A DNA stretch of 64,000 nucleotides, from NCBI GenBank assembly GCA_002269645.1, contig NIVC01001779.1, forward strand, positions 85,607 through 149,606, given 5' to 3'. The notes beneath the pieces are model-generated. The model searched no databases, had not been told where the DNA came from, and was given only the letters and a program-made list of their open reading frames with translations. This DNA is from Macrostomum lignano. Its lineage: Eukaryota. A program made the position numbers and the translations under genes. Below, piece by piece: positions 10,950-24,293 of the stretch (position 1 is its first letter; the number at the start of each line of letters is the position of its first letter).

Positions 10950-13014
10950 CTTTAGTGCTGATCAATTGAGCTGGAAAGAATAAAAGTTTAATGTTCAGTA
11001 AGCTAATAGAATAGGCTACACCAATGGTTTATATAAATACTAGCAATGTTCTAGTTGCAGTTGTTAGCAAAATTTTCTACCTCAAAGACCAGATAAATAA
11101 ACCTGGCCAATAGCTGCAGGTCAGATAAGAGAGAAAAGGCGAGACAGAGGATATGGGACGAGCAAGTAGATAAGAGTAGAGATAAAACAAGGAGAGAAAA
11201 TTAAACATTCTTTCTTTCTTTCTTTCAGACCTTTCTAGGCTGATGGGGGATTTGTAGAGATTTCAATGCTTAGAGGAACATTGCTGAGATGTCAATGCTC
11301 ATGGGGGGGGGGATAACTGATATCTTAAGGATTATAGGGGGAATTGCTGAGGTTACTGCAAGGAGAAACTACATGTAGTTTATTCAAAAAATTTTTTACC
11401 AATTTTGTTGCCTCCTTAATGGGGGGTCGCTGAATTTGTGTGTGGGTAAGTTGCATAACAATCATATTTTTATTCAAAACTACTTGCATATAGCTAATTT
11501 AATTTCACTTTTAGAGGTTGCACATATGATTCTATATTATGATTTATTAAGCTAAAGTTCAGTCAGTTGACTAACTTGACTAGCTGGGTTTAATATATAT
11601 GCCCCCTTGTAGATAGCTAGTGACTCAAATATTGCTTATATATATTATTAATGTATACATTAATGCAGAACTTTCCTATGCAACAAATATAGGCTATTAA
11701 AATATTAAAAATTTGAAGATCAAGTTTGTTTAAAAATAGAAAATACCTTTTTTAACCTTTTTTGTCGATTTTGTCTCTCTAATAGAAGGGCAATGGTATG
11801 CTTTAAAAGTATTAGAGGCAGCTAAAGGTGGGTAATATATGTTCTACATTCAATGCAAATAAAACCCACAAGTTAAGGGTGCAATTAAGTTATAATGACT
11901 TTTTTTGGAGATATTGGGTACTAAAAGCACACACTTATTTGAAATATAAAAATTTTAAAGGGTGGTAAACAGGTCTACTTTGTTAGTATTAGCAATAGAA
12001 AGGCTAGCAAATCACATACTTATATAACTAAGTGGACAATATGAGCAATGATATGGCACTTAAAATGCTATTGTTTCTTTCTTACTTTATAATTTTTTTA
12101 TTGTTGATAGACTAGGGATTGCAATCCTGGGATCTTAAAATTGAATCTTAAGACAAATTTTTGTTACTTTTTTTATATAGTGTAATATGAACATAATAAG
12201 GCTCAAACTAGTTTGTTATACTGCAGTGTGCTAATTTCTATTAATTGTCTTATATTGTATTGTATCAATCTAATCTAAACATCTAATTACTATTACCTAA
12301 ATGAAAATGAAGCCAATTAGAATTTTTGTTTATATTTTATTACTTAATGGATAGACTTAGTAACTGGTATTGGTTAATAGTTTGATAAGCTTCTACTTGA
12401 TTGGTTGACCTTATAGTTGCTAGTTGCTAGTATTTAATGCTATTTAATCAAGTATCAGCTTTTAGGCTACTACAATCAAAACAATTTTAGTCAATAGTAA
12501 AGCGATGTCTAATCAGAGTGTTGCTAGGCAATTTTTAAATCAATGTATGTCAGAAAGATTTTTACTTCAGTTAATAAATTAAAGCTTATTTGATGCCCAA
12601 CACTTGCATAAATATTTGCCAAAAAGATGGTTGAAGTGGGTCAATTTTGTTTAAAGTTAAAGATGATCATTTTGAATGTCTGTCTGAATATCTGTCATGA
12701 AATCCTCACATTAAAAATGTTACTTGTAAAAAATAAAAAATTTTACTTTCTATTACTTAAAATTTAAAAAGCCTTAAAAGGTCACATTTTATACCATTAG
12801 TATTTTAGCTACTCTTTTAAATACTATATTTTTACAAAACTTATACTTATACTAGGATTATTAGACCTAAATATAAATTCCTGGCTTCCTTTTAAATTAT
12901 TATTAGCCCATCCCCCCTATATTGAATTATACTGACCAAATAGGCTTTTTACCTAAGCCAAACTTATTGGTAATAAAAATATATTTTGGCAATTTTAAGT
13001 GACAATTTTTATAA

Positions 13015-13300
13015 TGACACACTTAGAGACATGGCACCCATGTCTATAATGTAGAAACTTATAGACATGGCGGCCATGTCTTTAATAGTAACTAGGTCCA
13101 TTCTAAGTTTCCGCATTTTAGGCATGGCCGCTTTGTCTATAAGTATAGACCAAGTCACTATTAGAGACATGACTGCCATGTCAATGAAACTTGCATGGTA
13201 GCCGTATCATTAATATTGAATGGGTTCACACTTAGAAACACAGTGGGTAGCTGTGTCTCTAATATTGGAGCTTATAGGCATGGCTGCCATCACTATGTAG
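13015..13300. repeat. Degenerate array of short palindromes (GACATGGCNGCCATGTC)
   Basis: About 6 imperfect copies spaced ~50 bp apart; another copy near 13770. Confidence 0.6.
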
Positions 13301-14623
13301 GCCTATATAATCATTGATTGGATGAAAAAGATTGATTAAAAAGTTAGTTTTTTTATTTTCAATTTTTTTAAATTAAATCAAATCTAATTTTTAAGAGTAA
13401 CAAAAAATTTTTTTAAAGTACGACCACAATTATATATGTAGCTACTCACTGAAAAGAAACAATTTTTTTGATACATATCAGCCTCACTTAAAAATTTAGT
13501 CTTATTTTTATTTTTTTAAAAATAATTAAATTTACTTTTTTTAGGCCTAATTAAAAAATATAAAAAGTTCAAGATAGAAAATTTTCTGTTTGCTAAAAAA
13601 ATTCTAAATAAAAAACTCTGACCACTTGGGATTCTAACTTAGCTACACACAATCACCAGGAATCAACATATCTACTAAGCCACTACTTGCTTGTGAGAGG
13701 GTCCTACAGAACACACATTTTATATTGATGATTTTAGCCATGCCTAGGCCTATAAGCTCAAATATTATAGACATGGCTGCCATGGCTATAAGTAGGCCTA
13801 CTCTATTTTTTTTAAAAGTAATTATTATTAATAACTTTTTATTATTATTATTAAAATATAAAATATATTATTAAAAATTATTAAAATATTAAACCAAATA
13901 ATAAAAATGAACAGTTTTTATACTTATTTATATTATTAATAACATTGGGCCTAGCTTAGGGCCTGTTTATTTTTATAGATAAAATTGAATTCTAAAATTT
14001 TAAAATATCACTGAAGTCCTTATCTAATATCTAATTTTTAAAATTTGCTAGGATAGTTCTATGGGTTTAGATAGGTCTGGCAAGGGGACTACCCCTCCTG
14101 CCCTGTTAATCACAGGTGCTGCGCCACTACTGTCAATCTTTACAATTGTAATTGTCTTCCTTTGACTTTGTTGATATAAAAAACTCAAATAGGCCTAAAA
14201 AAGCATTTTAGTAAAAAAACTTAACAAATTCAAATGTATTTTATTGTTACAGTGGGAACATAACTGTGACAACAGTTTGGGAAATTTTCTTGATCCAAAT
14301 TCCAGCACTAGAACACAGTTCTGAACGCACTTTGGTCTTTTGACATTGACACACTTTGCATTCATGCCAATGCCAATGTTGTTTCTTAGACTTTATAATT
14401 AGGACAGAAAATTTCTGCTTAGCTATTAAATTTTAAAGCTGAAAATGGCCATGACGCAATGCGTCAGAGTAAAGAATGCATCAGCGAAACATGAATTCAT
14501 TTTTTGTTCGAATAATCTGTTCGAAGGTAAAATATCTGTCAGGAGTCAGGACACCCACACTGGCCACACATCACATGTAATCGGTAATATATGATGATGA
14601 TGACCATTATGAAATTTATAAGC

Positions 14624-14685
14624 AGTAGTAGTAGTAGTAAGTAAGTAAGTTGGCTCAGACAGGAAGCCTGTTTGGCCAGTATACG
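14624..14685 (-). mobile_element. Probable 3' end of a non-LTR retroelement with a (TAC)n tail
   Basis: (GTA)n followed by GTAAGTTGGCTCAGACAGGAAGCCTGTTTGG; near-identical copy at 15308-15370. Confidence 0.45.
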
Positions 14686-15307
14686 TCAAGGTGTTTTTAA
14701 TGAAAATTCAAAAGTAAAGGGAAAACCTTTGCATTGGTAAATTTTGCAATAGTATTTAAAAGGGCGCCTAAATGTTTCTACGAAACTTCTAACGAGCTTC
14801 AACGACAAGCAAAGCAAAATTTAAGTATTTAAGGAATTGAAAAAACAAGCATTGTATGAACTTGATGTATAGCAATTGAATTGATCCCGTATGTGATAAA
14901 AATGAGTATAAAGGTATTATTTAGATATTGACAAATTTGTATTAAATATAGTATTTGAAAGAGCGTGTGACTTTTTTTTCGGTATTTACGGACGACCTAT
15001 GACGACTAACGAAGAATATTTAAGTAGGGAGTTATAAAAAACAGGTAGCTACCGTATGGCTTCGATGCAAAAACGGTTAATCTTAAATGCGATTTAAAAT
15101 AGGTAATTAAGCATTATTCTGTCAATGAAAAATATTGAGTATAGTGGTTGCTCATAATATTTGGCGATTATTGTAACAGTATATTATTTGAAAGCCTGAA
15201 AAACTGGCAACTTTAATTAACGTCTAACGACTTAATGGCGATTCAAAAATATAATACAAAAGGTAATGGATGGACAGAAATTCTTGCAAAAAATGGAGAA
15301 AATCATT

Positions 15308-15370
15308 TAGTAGTAGTAGTAGTAGTAGTAGTAAGTTGGCTCAGGCAAGAAGCCTGTTTGGTCAATATAT
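15308..15370 (-). mobile_element. Second copy of the (TAC)n-tailed retroelement 3' end
   Basis: Shares ~40 bp plus the tail with 14624-14685. Confidence 0.45.
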
Positions 15371-18300
15371 TTCTGTGTATTTAAGATTACTTCAGGAATA
15401 GGAGACAATATTTTAGCATTAGTTATTTAATTACGATTAGTACGAGTTTTGCAATATGGTATTTGAACGAACGCGGAAATGTTTATTAACGAAACTTGGA
15501 CGACTAACAAAGCGAAAGAAAAAGCAAGGAGTAAAAAAAAGTATTGCGTGAAATTTATGTATGTAGTTGGCGTTATTGCAACAATAAATAATAAAAAAAA
15601 AATAATAAAATAAGCAATAGCTAACGCCAAACTAACGCCAATAAACATTGTTTGATATATATGTACATACATGACTTGATACTAGTTATATAAGTAAAAA
15701 TTTTAACTTCTGGTGTTTAAAAAACATTTTGTTTGAAATAATCAGCTTTTTTTATTTAAGTTGTTTTTCTTATAATGAGTAATTGTTTTTTATGCATTTA
15801 ATTTAGAACCTTTTTTTCTAGAAAACGACTAGGAAATTGTTAGCCAGTGGCCCAGTTGTTAGTGCCAACGCATCAAGTTAAGTCCTAAATTCTAGAGGTT
15901 TTGGTTTAAATCCTTAGTAATTTCTGTATAAAGAGTAATACAGTATTTTCAAAATGAATATTGCTATTGAGCAACTTTTTAGGCTTCTAAGACAGTTAGA
16001 CAGTTGACGTTGTGGGATGTGCGATGTGGCTGCGTTTTGTTGCCCAGCCTGTTTCTTGCCATTGTGTGTTTTAAGTGTGTATATAAGTTGCATCTTTGAA
16101 GGATTTTTGTAAAAATCCTTTTTCTTTTTCGATAGTATTGTGTCAACTAGCTTTTCCAATGCTGCACGGAAATGTAGAAATGGGGCTGGGCAGAAATACC
16201 AAAACTGCTTCACAGTAGGGCCTATGTTCTTTTTTGCCATTTTTATAGCTGCAATGTATTTGCTCCGCGGAAATCAATTTGTGCACAGCTGTGCAAAGAG
16301 GCCAAGTAACAGATTTTTATTACATGCTATATTTAGGGGTTGGAAAATATCATTTTTTTATTTTCAAGACTTGACATTTGAGCTCTATATTTTAAGATAA
16401 TCAATCACAATATTCAATCAAGATTTGTGATTAAGCCTAATTTGTATCTAGTAGGCCTATTTACACTTCTATCTATGAATGTTAGTATTGTTTTTTGTTA
16501 AATATAGTGTCTAATAATGATAATAGAAAAAAAACAATGATTAGGGCCTACTTATATTTAATATTGAGCTTATTAATAACTTGACATATTAAATGTAATT
16601 GTAAGTATAATATTTAATAGCCTAAAATTTGCAAGCTTCTAATCTATTTTGTTTTGCAATATTATTTTCAAGTTTGAATTGATCTCATAACATAGTGCCT
16701 CTGAGTACTAGATAGAGTAGTTTATAGATAGGCCTAAATAATTATAATAGGCCTAGTAGCTAAAGACAATAATAGTGGTAGATAGAGAAATAGATAGGGC
16801 AATAAAAGTAGCAAGAGGTAAAGCAGTAGATAGATAGAGCATAGCCATAGAGTCCAACTAAGATCTCAATTTCAATTTTAACATTTTGAGACTTAGCCTT
16901 TTAAAAATTTGTTTTAAGAAATTCTCAAAATTTAAAATAGACTAGGCTTAGAATAAAAAAAACAATCAAGTGAGATTGATTTCAATAAAAAAGGATAATA
17001 ATATTGTGAAGTTTTGCTGCGCCACACCTCTTGCCACTTTGCCATGCCACATTAGTCATTATACTTGCCATTTTGCCATGCTATGCCATATTTTGCCACT
17101 TTGCCACACTGTTGCACTATAGTTCCCATCACTTTGCCATAATGTGCCATATCTCCTGCTGCTTTGCTGCACTGCGCTAAGCCTCCTATTGCCTCCTGCC
17201 ACTTTGCTACACAATGATGCACCTTCTATTGATTGTCTCTTATTGCTTTTCTATGCCAAACTGCACCTCTTGTCACCTCATACTACTGTGCTACCCTAGG
17301 CTAGACTAGATACTATCTACCAAAATTCCAATATATCTATATATTCTTCAATTGTGATTTATAATAGGGCCTAATCAATATTATAATACAAGGTATAGGC
17401 CTATGGACTATATTATGCAATTTTAAACAATGTAACAGTGTAACTAAATAAATTATAAAAAAACTTAAATTTCCAATTAGTCTAATATAGCACTAATATA
17501 TATAAGAAACATATAGTCATCATATAATATATTATCTAGGCTTCCCTATTTTATAATGGATATTATACTTATAGTATGGGCAAAATTTTATATATAACAT
17601 TATTGTAAATATTATTCTTCCTCTACAAATTCACAATATGCAGCCCGATCTCTAATTCTTAATTGATTTATTCTTGATCTTAAATTTGTTATAAAATTCT
17701 TGCTTAATCTTGCTTAAAAAATAAAAACCCGATCTTGGTCAGACTAATATAGCACTAGATAGATTAATAAATATAGTAGATAAAAGCTAGAGACTAGAGC
17801 ATTTTCTAATACTATTTCCTATCCCTTTTGGCCATAGACATCATTTTCTACAATGGCACTATGTTGTAGTACCAATTCAAACTTTAAAATAATATTAGGA
17901 AGTAAGCTTAAAGATTATAACCATATAATATCATAGTCACAAATAGTCATATAATCCCAAATTGGCAAAATCCTGACTTTTTTCAAGATTTTAAAACCAA
18001 GATTAAGATTGAAAAAAGTGCCAAGATTTTAATGATTGAGATCAAGATTGAGATTTTGTTTGACCCCTAGCTAAAATTTGTCTTTTATTTGTTTATTTAT
18101 AGTTTAAATTTCAGTATTCACAAAAAATAAAGGTGAATATTTGAAAATGTCATTTACTTAATAAGTTTTTTAGCCTTACCTAAATTAATTTCAATGCCTT
18201 TCTGGGACCTTTTTAGGGTATAGAATTGTGTTATTAAAAGATAGATAGAATTTTTTGAGTTTAGTGGAAATTCTGGTATCAACTTAAAGGTTATTTTAAT

Positions 18301-18387
18301 CAAAGATTATTGCACATGATAAGCCAAAGATTATTGCATTCATTACACCTAGGATTATTGCACTTGATAAGCCAAAGATTATTGCAT

Positions 18388-19780
18388 GGGTCTATGAAAT
18401 TTGCTAGCAGGAAATCTGCTAGCCGAAGTTTGCTAGCCGAAATGTGCTAGCCGAAATGTGCTAGCTGAAATGTGCTAGCCAAAATTTGCTAGCCAAAGTT
18501 TGCTAGCCGAAATCTGCTAGCCAAAATCTGCTAGCCGAAGTTTGCTAGCCAAAATGTGCTAGCCAAAATCTGCTGGCCAAAGTTTGCTAGCCAAAATGTG
18601 CTAGCCAAAATGTGCTAGCTGAAATTTGCTAGCCAAAATTTGCTAGCCGAAATTTGCTAGCCAAAATTTGCTAGCCGAAATCTGCTAGCCAAAAACTGCT
18701 AGCCAAAGTTTGCTAGCAGGAATTTTGCTAGCCGAAATCTGCTAGCAATAATCTAACCAAAACCGGCAAACAGCAATTTACAAAAGTTGTAATTTGCTAG
18801 ACATTTTTCTTGTCCAATTTCGCAAGAAACTTTGCAGGACTTATCATGCAGGACAAATAAATTTGCCTTTTTTGCTCTAATAACTCTCTTTGTCGTGCAC
18901 AGTGATTTGCAAATTGCAATATATAATAATAATTGCAGCCTGCATTGTTGTATCATAATATAATGCAATTAAATATTACTAAATCAGAAATTTCTTTGTA
19001 GGTAGCACTCGTATGACAAGAATCTAAATGTAATTTATATACAAAATGTGCTTGTTAATTCCATTCTTAACACCGTTTAAAATGTGGCTACTTTGGTCAA
19101 GATAAATTACTGATTTTCTTTTTTTAAGAGTTTGTGGGCCACACTTGCATAGAGTTTTTGCTTGTACACAGTGCCGTAAGCGATGGAAAATATCTATACA
19201 TTAACAATACATATAGCGATAGTAAATTGTACCTTGGACATACATGTATCTAGCTATAGATACTGTACACCAACATGTGTGTTACTGTATGCTAAAGTAC
19301 TGTATATGCTAAAACTGCACTTGGAAATCATCAAAATCATTTATAATTTTTTGTCCTATTTTACTCGTAGACATTTGATAATGTTTTAGCATTATCAGCT
19401 GTAAGGCCATAGTTCAGGTAGCTCAGGCAGTTGTAGTTCAGGTAGTTAAATTTAAACTTATCTATACACACAACTTTCAGTCTTATGGCTGGTAGTGGCA
19501 GTATATGGTATATAAGTTATATATTTACTTGTACAAATCAAAGCAGCTCAAATTGGAATCAAAACACAGCAAATAACATGCAACAGCTACGAGAGCAAGG
19601 CAGCTAGCAAAATTCCTGCTAGCAAACTTCGGCTAGCAAAATCCTCGCTAGCAAAATTCCTGCTAGCAAACTTCGGCTAGCAGATTTTGTCTAGCAGATT
19701 TCATCTAGCAGATTTCGGTTGGCAAACTTCGGCTAGCACATTTCGGCTAGCAAACTTCGGCTAGCAGATCTCGTACTCCC
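18388..19780. mobile_element. Non-autonomous foldback/MULE-like DNA element (1393 bp) with TIRs built of 14-bp subrepeats
   Basis: The left arm 18388-18747 (GCTAGCCGAAATNT)n is inverted relative to the right arm 19603-19780. Termini GGGTCTATGAAATTTGCTAGC / reverse complement GGGAGTACGAGATCTGCTAGC. Flanks TTATTGCAT and TTATTGCAC form a possible 9-bp TSD. Confidence 0.7.
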
Positions 19781-20062
19781 TTATTGCACTTGATAAACCA
19801 AGGATTATTGCATTTACTTATCAAAGGTACTATGCCTAGTAACTAATATTAGAATTTTGTAAAAAAGAAGATTGACTGATAGTATAATTGTAATATTAAA
19901 AATGCTAATATAATTAATAAAAATACAATTTAGTAAAGTACCTAGTAAGTTAAAATTGATTTAAATACTTAATGGGAATATTTATGGGGTTACAGCCCTA
20001 AGTCTAGATCACATTTATATAATTAAAAAAGTTTCATAGTAGCTATTAGTATTAGAGTATAA

Positions 20063-20175
20063 TTGGAAAATATATATTCTATCAGCAACACTATAAAAAC
20101 TTATAACAACAACAAAGAACTTTATAGCCCTGTAGAAGCAGCGTGGAGGTTGCTTGGGCAGCCTATAGAGTGGGT
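20063..20175 (+). mobile_element. Helitron Rep/helicase fragment (remnant)
   Basis: IKTYNNNKELYSPVEAAWRLLGQPI resembles the Helitron motif EI..Y..ARY.S..EA.WR..GFPI. No other Helitron domains are visible. Confidence 0.5.
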
Positions 20176-20534
20176 CCCGGGTACAAAGGTTGCAGAAAAG
20201 CAGGTAGTGATCAGATTCGATAGAAAGCATGGCCATTGTGTCACAGTCTATTACCTATCTAAGTTTGCAGTAGTGAACTAGAATGTGGTATACTTGTATA
20301 GTTGTTGAGAATGTTTGTGGTTCTCAAAAAAAATTTAATCCTAGAACTTTATTGAATATTCTAGAAGCTAAGACCCTACTGTACTGTGTAGGTATATATT
20401 GAGGGTAGGTGTGTGCAATATTGATAGGATACTTTTCATGATTGTTGCTATCAAAGCTAGATTATACTATATGGATTTTGGATTAGATAGTTAGACCATC
20501 AAACAATTGCCAATCACCTATATCAACTGGGCAA

Positions 20535-20650
20535 GGTGCACAAGTTGACTCAATGGGTACCCCATGAATTGTCCGACTGGGACCATGAACATAGGGCAGA
20601 GGTGACCACTTCTCTTCTCTCCTATTGCTGCACATACAGCTGGCTGAAGT
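20535..20650 (+). mobile_element. Mariner transposase fragment
   Basis: KLTQWVPHELSDWDHEHRAEVTTSLL contains the mariner WVPHEL motif. Confidence 0.65.
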
Positions 20651-20977
20651 TGATTATAAGGATACTAATACAACGCCTGAGCCATAGCCTAAGGCTAGAA
20701 TCCACCCCTGCAAGGTGATTTTTGTTGCTTTTTTGCCAAATCCAGCTTCCTTTTGTCACTGTGAGCGGAATGATGTACATCATTTGTGTACATAGGTTAC
20801 TTGGGCTCCACTTTATGAGTTTTTAATTTGACAGGCCCATTTCCTAATAAAACCTACATTTTGCTATTTAAGATTTTAATTTTTATTTAATTAGCCAATC
20901 AACATGTTTTCAAAATATATATTGACCTCTTCAATTCATGTTGATCTTATTACTTAAAAGACTATTGTTTAAAGAAG

Positions 20978-21493
20978 ATGCCAAAGCGTCGAAAGCAAGT
21001 AGACCAGAAAATTTCCGATCTATTCCCAGTTAAAAGACGCAGCATTGCTTCTGCTCAGTCTGCTTCTGATCAGACTAATTGCAGCAGCTCGTCATCAACA
21101 GGTGTTGTGGCAACCACCGCACCAGGTGTTACTAACCGAGAGCCAGGCACACAACAAAATGAAAACAACAATGGGCACTCAATTAATAATCAACAGCTGT
21201 TATCTAATAGCAAGTCGAATGATCCTAGTGCATCATTGGCTACTGAAAGTAACACCTCTAGCACCAGTACAAGTGCGGGTAATTTGACTCAGCACGATCT
21301 CACGGTGCTGCGTGATTTCGATTTGAACTGGGAGTTCGGACCCTGTATTGGTATTAGCCGCTTGCAGCGCTGGGAACGGGCGGTTAAGCGCGGGTTAACT
21401 CCGCCGCAGTTTGTGAGGAATCTGGTGTTGGCTCATGCTGGTAATCCGCTGTATACGGAGTGCATTTGGTTCTCTTATTCTGACCTCATTTGA
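20978..21493 (+). CDS. POLD4: DNA polymerase delta subunit 4 (p12/Cdm1), intronless CDS, 171 aa
   Basis: C-terminal LRDFDLNWEFGPCIGISRLQRWERA...GLTPP is the p12 signature; N-terminal PIP-degron-like QKISDLFPVKRR. Confidence 0.93.
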   Translation: MPKRRKQVDQKISDLFPVKRRSIASAQSASDQTNCSSSSSTGVVATTAPGVTNREPGTQQNENNNGHSINNQQLLSNSKSNDPSASLATESNTSSTSTSAGNLTQHDLTVLRDFDLNWEFGPCIGISRLQRWERAVKRGLTPPQFVRNLVLAHAGNPLYTECIWFSYSDLI

Positions 21494-21599
21494 TGCTGCT
21501 TTGTGCGTTTATCGACATTGGTTAGTTACCGCTCTTTTAGGAAACAATATATGCAGATGCTTGCTTGACATTCTGCTGATCCTATCATATACTATGATA

Positions 21600-22150
21600 T
21601 CTACGAATATCTAATCTGCATCTACTGATCCCTAATCTATGTATCTATTGATCCTAATCTATATATCTATTGATCCCTAATCTATATATCTATTGATCCC
21701 TAATCTATATATATATTGATCCCTAATATATATCTACTGATCCCTAATCTATATATCTATTGATCCCTAATCTATATATCTATTGATCCCTAATCTATAT
21801 ATCTATTGATCCCTAATCTATATATCTACTGATCTCTAATCGATATCTACTGATCCGTAATCTATATCTACTGATCCCTAATCTACATCTAATGATCCCT
21901 AATCGATATCTGCTGATCCGTAATCTACATCTAATGATCCCTAATCGATATCTACTGATCCGTAATCTACATCTAATGATCCCTAATCGATATCTACTGA
22001 TGCCTAATCTATATCTACTGATCCCTAATCTACATCTAATGATCCCTAATCGATATCTACTAATCCGTAATCTACATCTACTGATTTCTAATCTGTATCT
22101 ACTGATCCCTAATGGATATTTATTGATCCCTAATCTATATCTACTGATCC
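21600..22150. repeat. 21-23-bp minisatellite TGATCCCTAATCTATATATCTAT
   Basis: Direct tandem copies downstream of POLD4. Confidence 0.92.
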
Positions 22151-22964
22151 TTAATAAATAACAACACTTTTTAATACCCCAATCACAGTCTATATTCTTT
22201 ACTCTATAGCATTCACCTGCAAGAAGTGTCTTAGATTAGCAGATATGTTACTTAAGATATTAAACAGCTGGCCTAGCTGATACATTAGAAGTTCTCATCT
22301 GATCGCGCACTGACGTGTTTAAAGTACACAGTAAACTAAGTGAAGAGTGTAGAATCTACACTATAAATGTTGTCTAATTGATGCGAAAAGTTTGCATTAT
22401 TTTGTTAAGTATGAGAAATATTTTTAAATGCTTTTGTAATTTAACATTTTTGCATTACGTTTAAAATTTGACAACAGAAATTGTTTTTTTTTCATACTCA
22501 TCAACCTATTAAGGCTTGGCTTTATGATTGTTGTTGTTGTTGATTGTTGATTTTCATGATATCATTCTGTTTTCTGTAAGCTATAAAGTTATGAAAAGAT
22601 GCATAATGCAGGTTTTTGAGAACATTTTTATCTAGATATAGTTTTAATTTATTAGGTCTTGATTTTTGTTTTTCTTCAGTAAACGAAATGCTTATTTTTG
22701 TCATTTGTTTGCAGTCTGTAAACTTTTAATTTTATATTTTAGATTGATTGAATTTGTTGATCTGTCATTAGTTTAAATGGTTCTTTGTCTCATTTTGTTG
22801 CTTAATATCTTATTAGTATGTATGTTTGCAGGATTGACGGTGAATTTCATACGTTTTCAATTTGTTTCGCTTTTATTCACTTTATTTCTAGTAAGAAATA
22901 TTACTTACCAGTAGTGCAAAATGGTTAGATAGGCTATTGGTTCATGCAGTTTGGTTTTTATAAA

Positions 22965-24058
22965 ATTTGGGCTTTATGAATTTTAGGGTTTATAAAGCTT
23001 GATGTTTATGAAGTTTGGGTTTATGTTTTTTTGGTTTTATGACTTTTGGGATTTATGACTTTTGGGGTTTATGACTTTTGGGGTTTATGAAGTTGGGGGT
23101 TTTTTGAAGTTGAGGGTTTATGACTTTTGGGGTTTATGAAGTTTGGTGTTTATGAAGCTTGGGGTTTATGAAGTTTGGTGTTTATGAAGCTTGGGGTTTA
23201 TGAAGTTTAGGGTTTATGAAGTTGGGGGTTTTTGAAGTTGGGGGTTTATGACTTTTAGGGTTTATGAAGTTTGGGGTTTATGAAGCTTGGGGTTTATGAA
23301 GTTTGGGGTTTATGAAGTTGGGGGTTTATGAAGTTGGGGTTTTATGAAGTTTGAGGTTTATGAAGTTTGGGGTTTATGACTTTTGGGGTTTATGACTTTT
23401 GGGGTTTATGAAGTTGAGGGTTTATGACTTTTGGGGTTTATGAAGTTTTGTGTTTATGAAGCTTGGGGTTTATGAAGTTTGGGGTTTATGAAGCTTGGGG
23501 TTTATGAAGTTTGGGGTTTATGAAGTTGGGGGTTTATGACTTTTGGGGTTTATGAAGTTTGGTGTTTATGAAGCTTGGGGTTTATGAAGTTTAGGGTTTA
23601 TGAAGTTAGGGGTTTTTGAAGTTGGGGGTTTATGACTTTTGGGGTTTATGAAGTTTGGGGTTTATGAAGCTTGGGGTTTATGAAGTTGGGGGTTTATGAA
23701 GTTGGGGTTTTATGAAGTTTGAGGTTTATGAAGTTTGGGGTTTATGACTTTTGGGGTTTATGAAGTTGAGGGTTTATGACTTTTGGGGTTTATGAAGTTT
23801 GGTGTTTATGAAGCTTGGGGTTTATGAAGTTTGGGGTTTATGAAGCTTGGGGTTTATGAAGTTTGGGGTTTATGAAGTTGGGGGTTTATGACTTTTGGGG
23901 TTTATGAAGTTTGGGGTTTATGAAGCTTGGGGTTTATGAAGTTTGGGGTTTATGAAGTTTGGGGTTTATGAAGTTTGGGGTTTATGAAGTTTGGGGTTTA
24001 TGAAGTGTGGGGTTTATGAAGTTTGGGGTTTATGAAGTTCGGGGCTTATGAAGTTTAG
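22965..24058. repeat. 18-19-bp minisatellite GGGGTTTATGAAGTTT(G)
   Basis: Direct tandem copies upstream of eIF4E3. Confidence 0.93.
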
Positions 24059-24293
24059 AGTTAACGAAATTTAGGATTTATACAGTTTCTAGCTGAGGAT
24101 AGTAAGTATATTCAAAGCTTAGGGATAATAAGAAACTTTAAAGACGTAATTCACAGTTTTGATTAATTTCAGATTGACTCCTAAAAAAAGCAGAACAGCA
24201 ACCAATCGACAAAGTGAAACAGAATTAGACATACATCCTTGCCAAAGGCTTGAGTGTCTAGTAACTAATTGTTGTTGTCCTAATCGCACTACT

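Noticed and set aside
15914-16400. ORFs of 86-108 aa in the AT-rich block
   Set aside because: No recognisable motif or splice-site framework; consistent with chance ORFs or unidentifiable TE decay.
22965-24058. Telomeric repeat (GGGGTTT-like); likewise (TTAG)n at 47097
   Set aside because: The unit is 18-19 bp with an ATGAAG spacer, and TTAG lacks the G-run of TTAGG or TTAGGG. Both are internal and flanked by genes.
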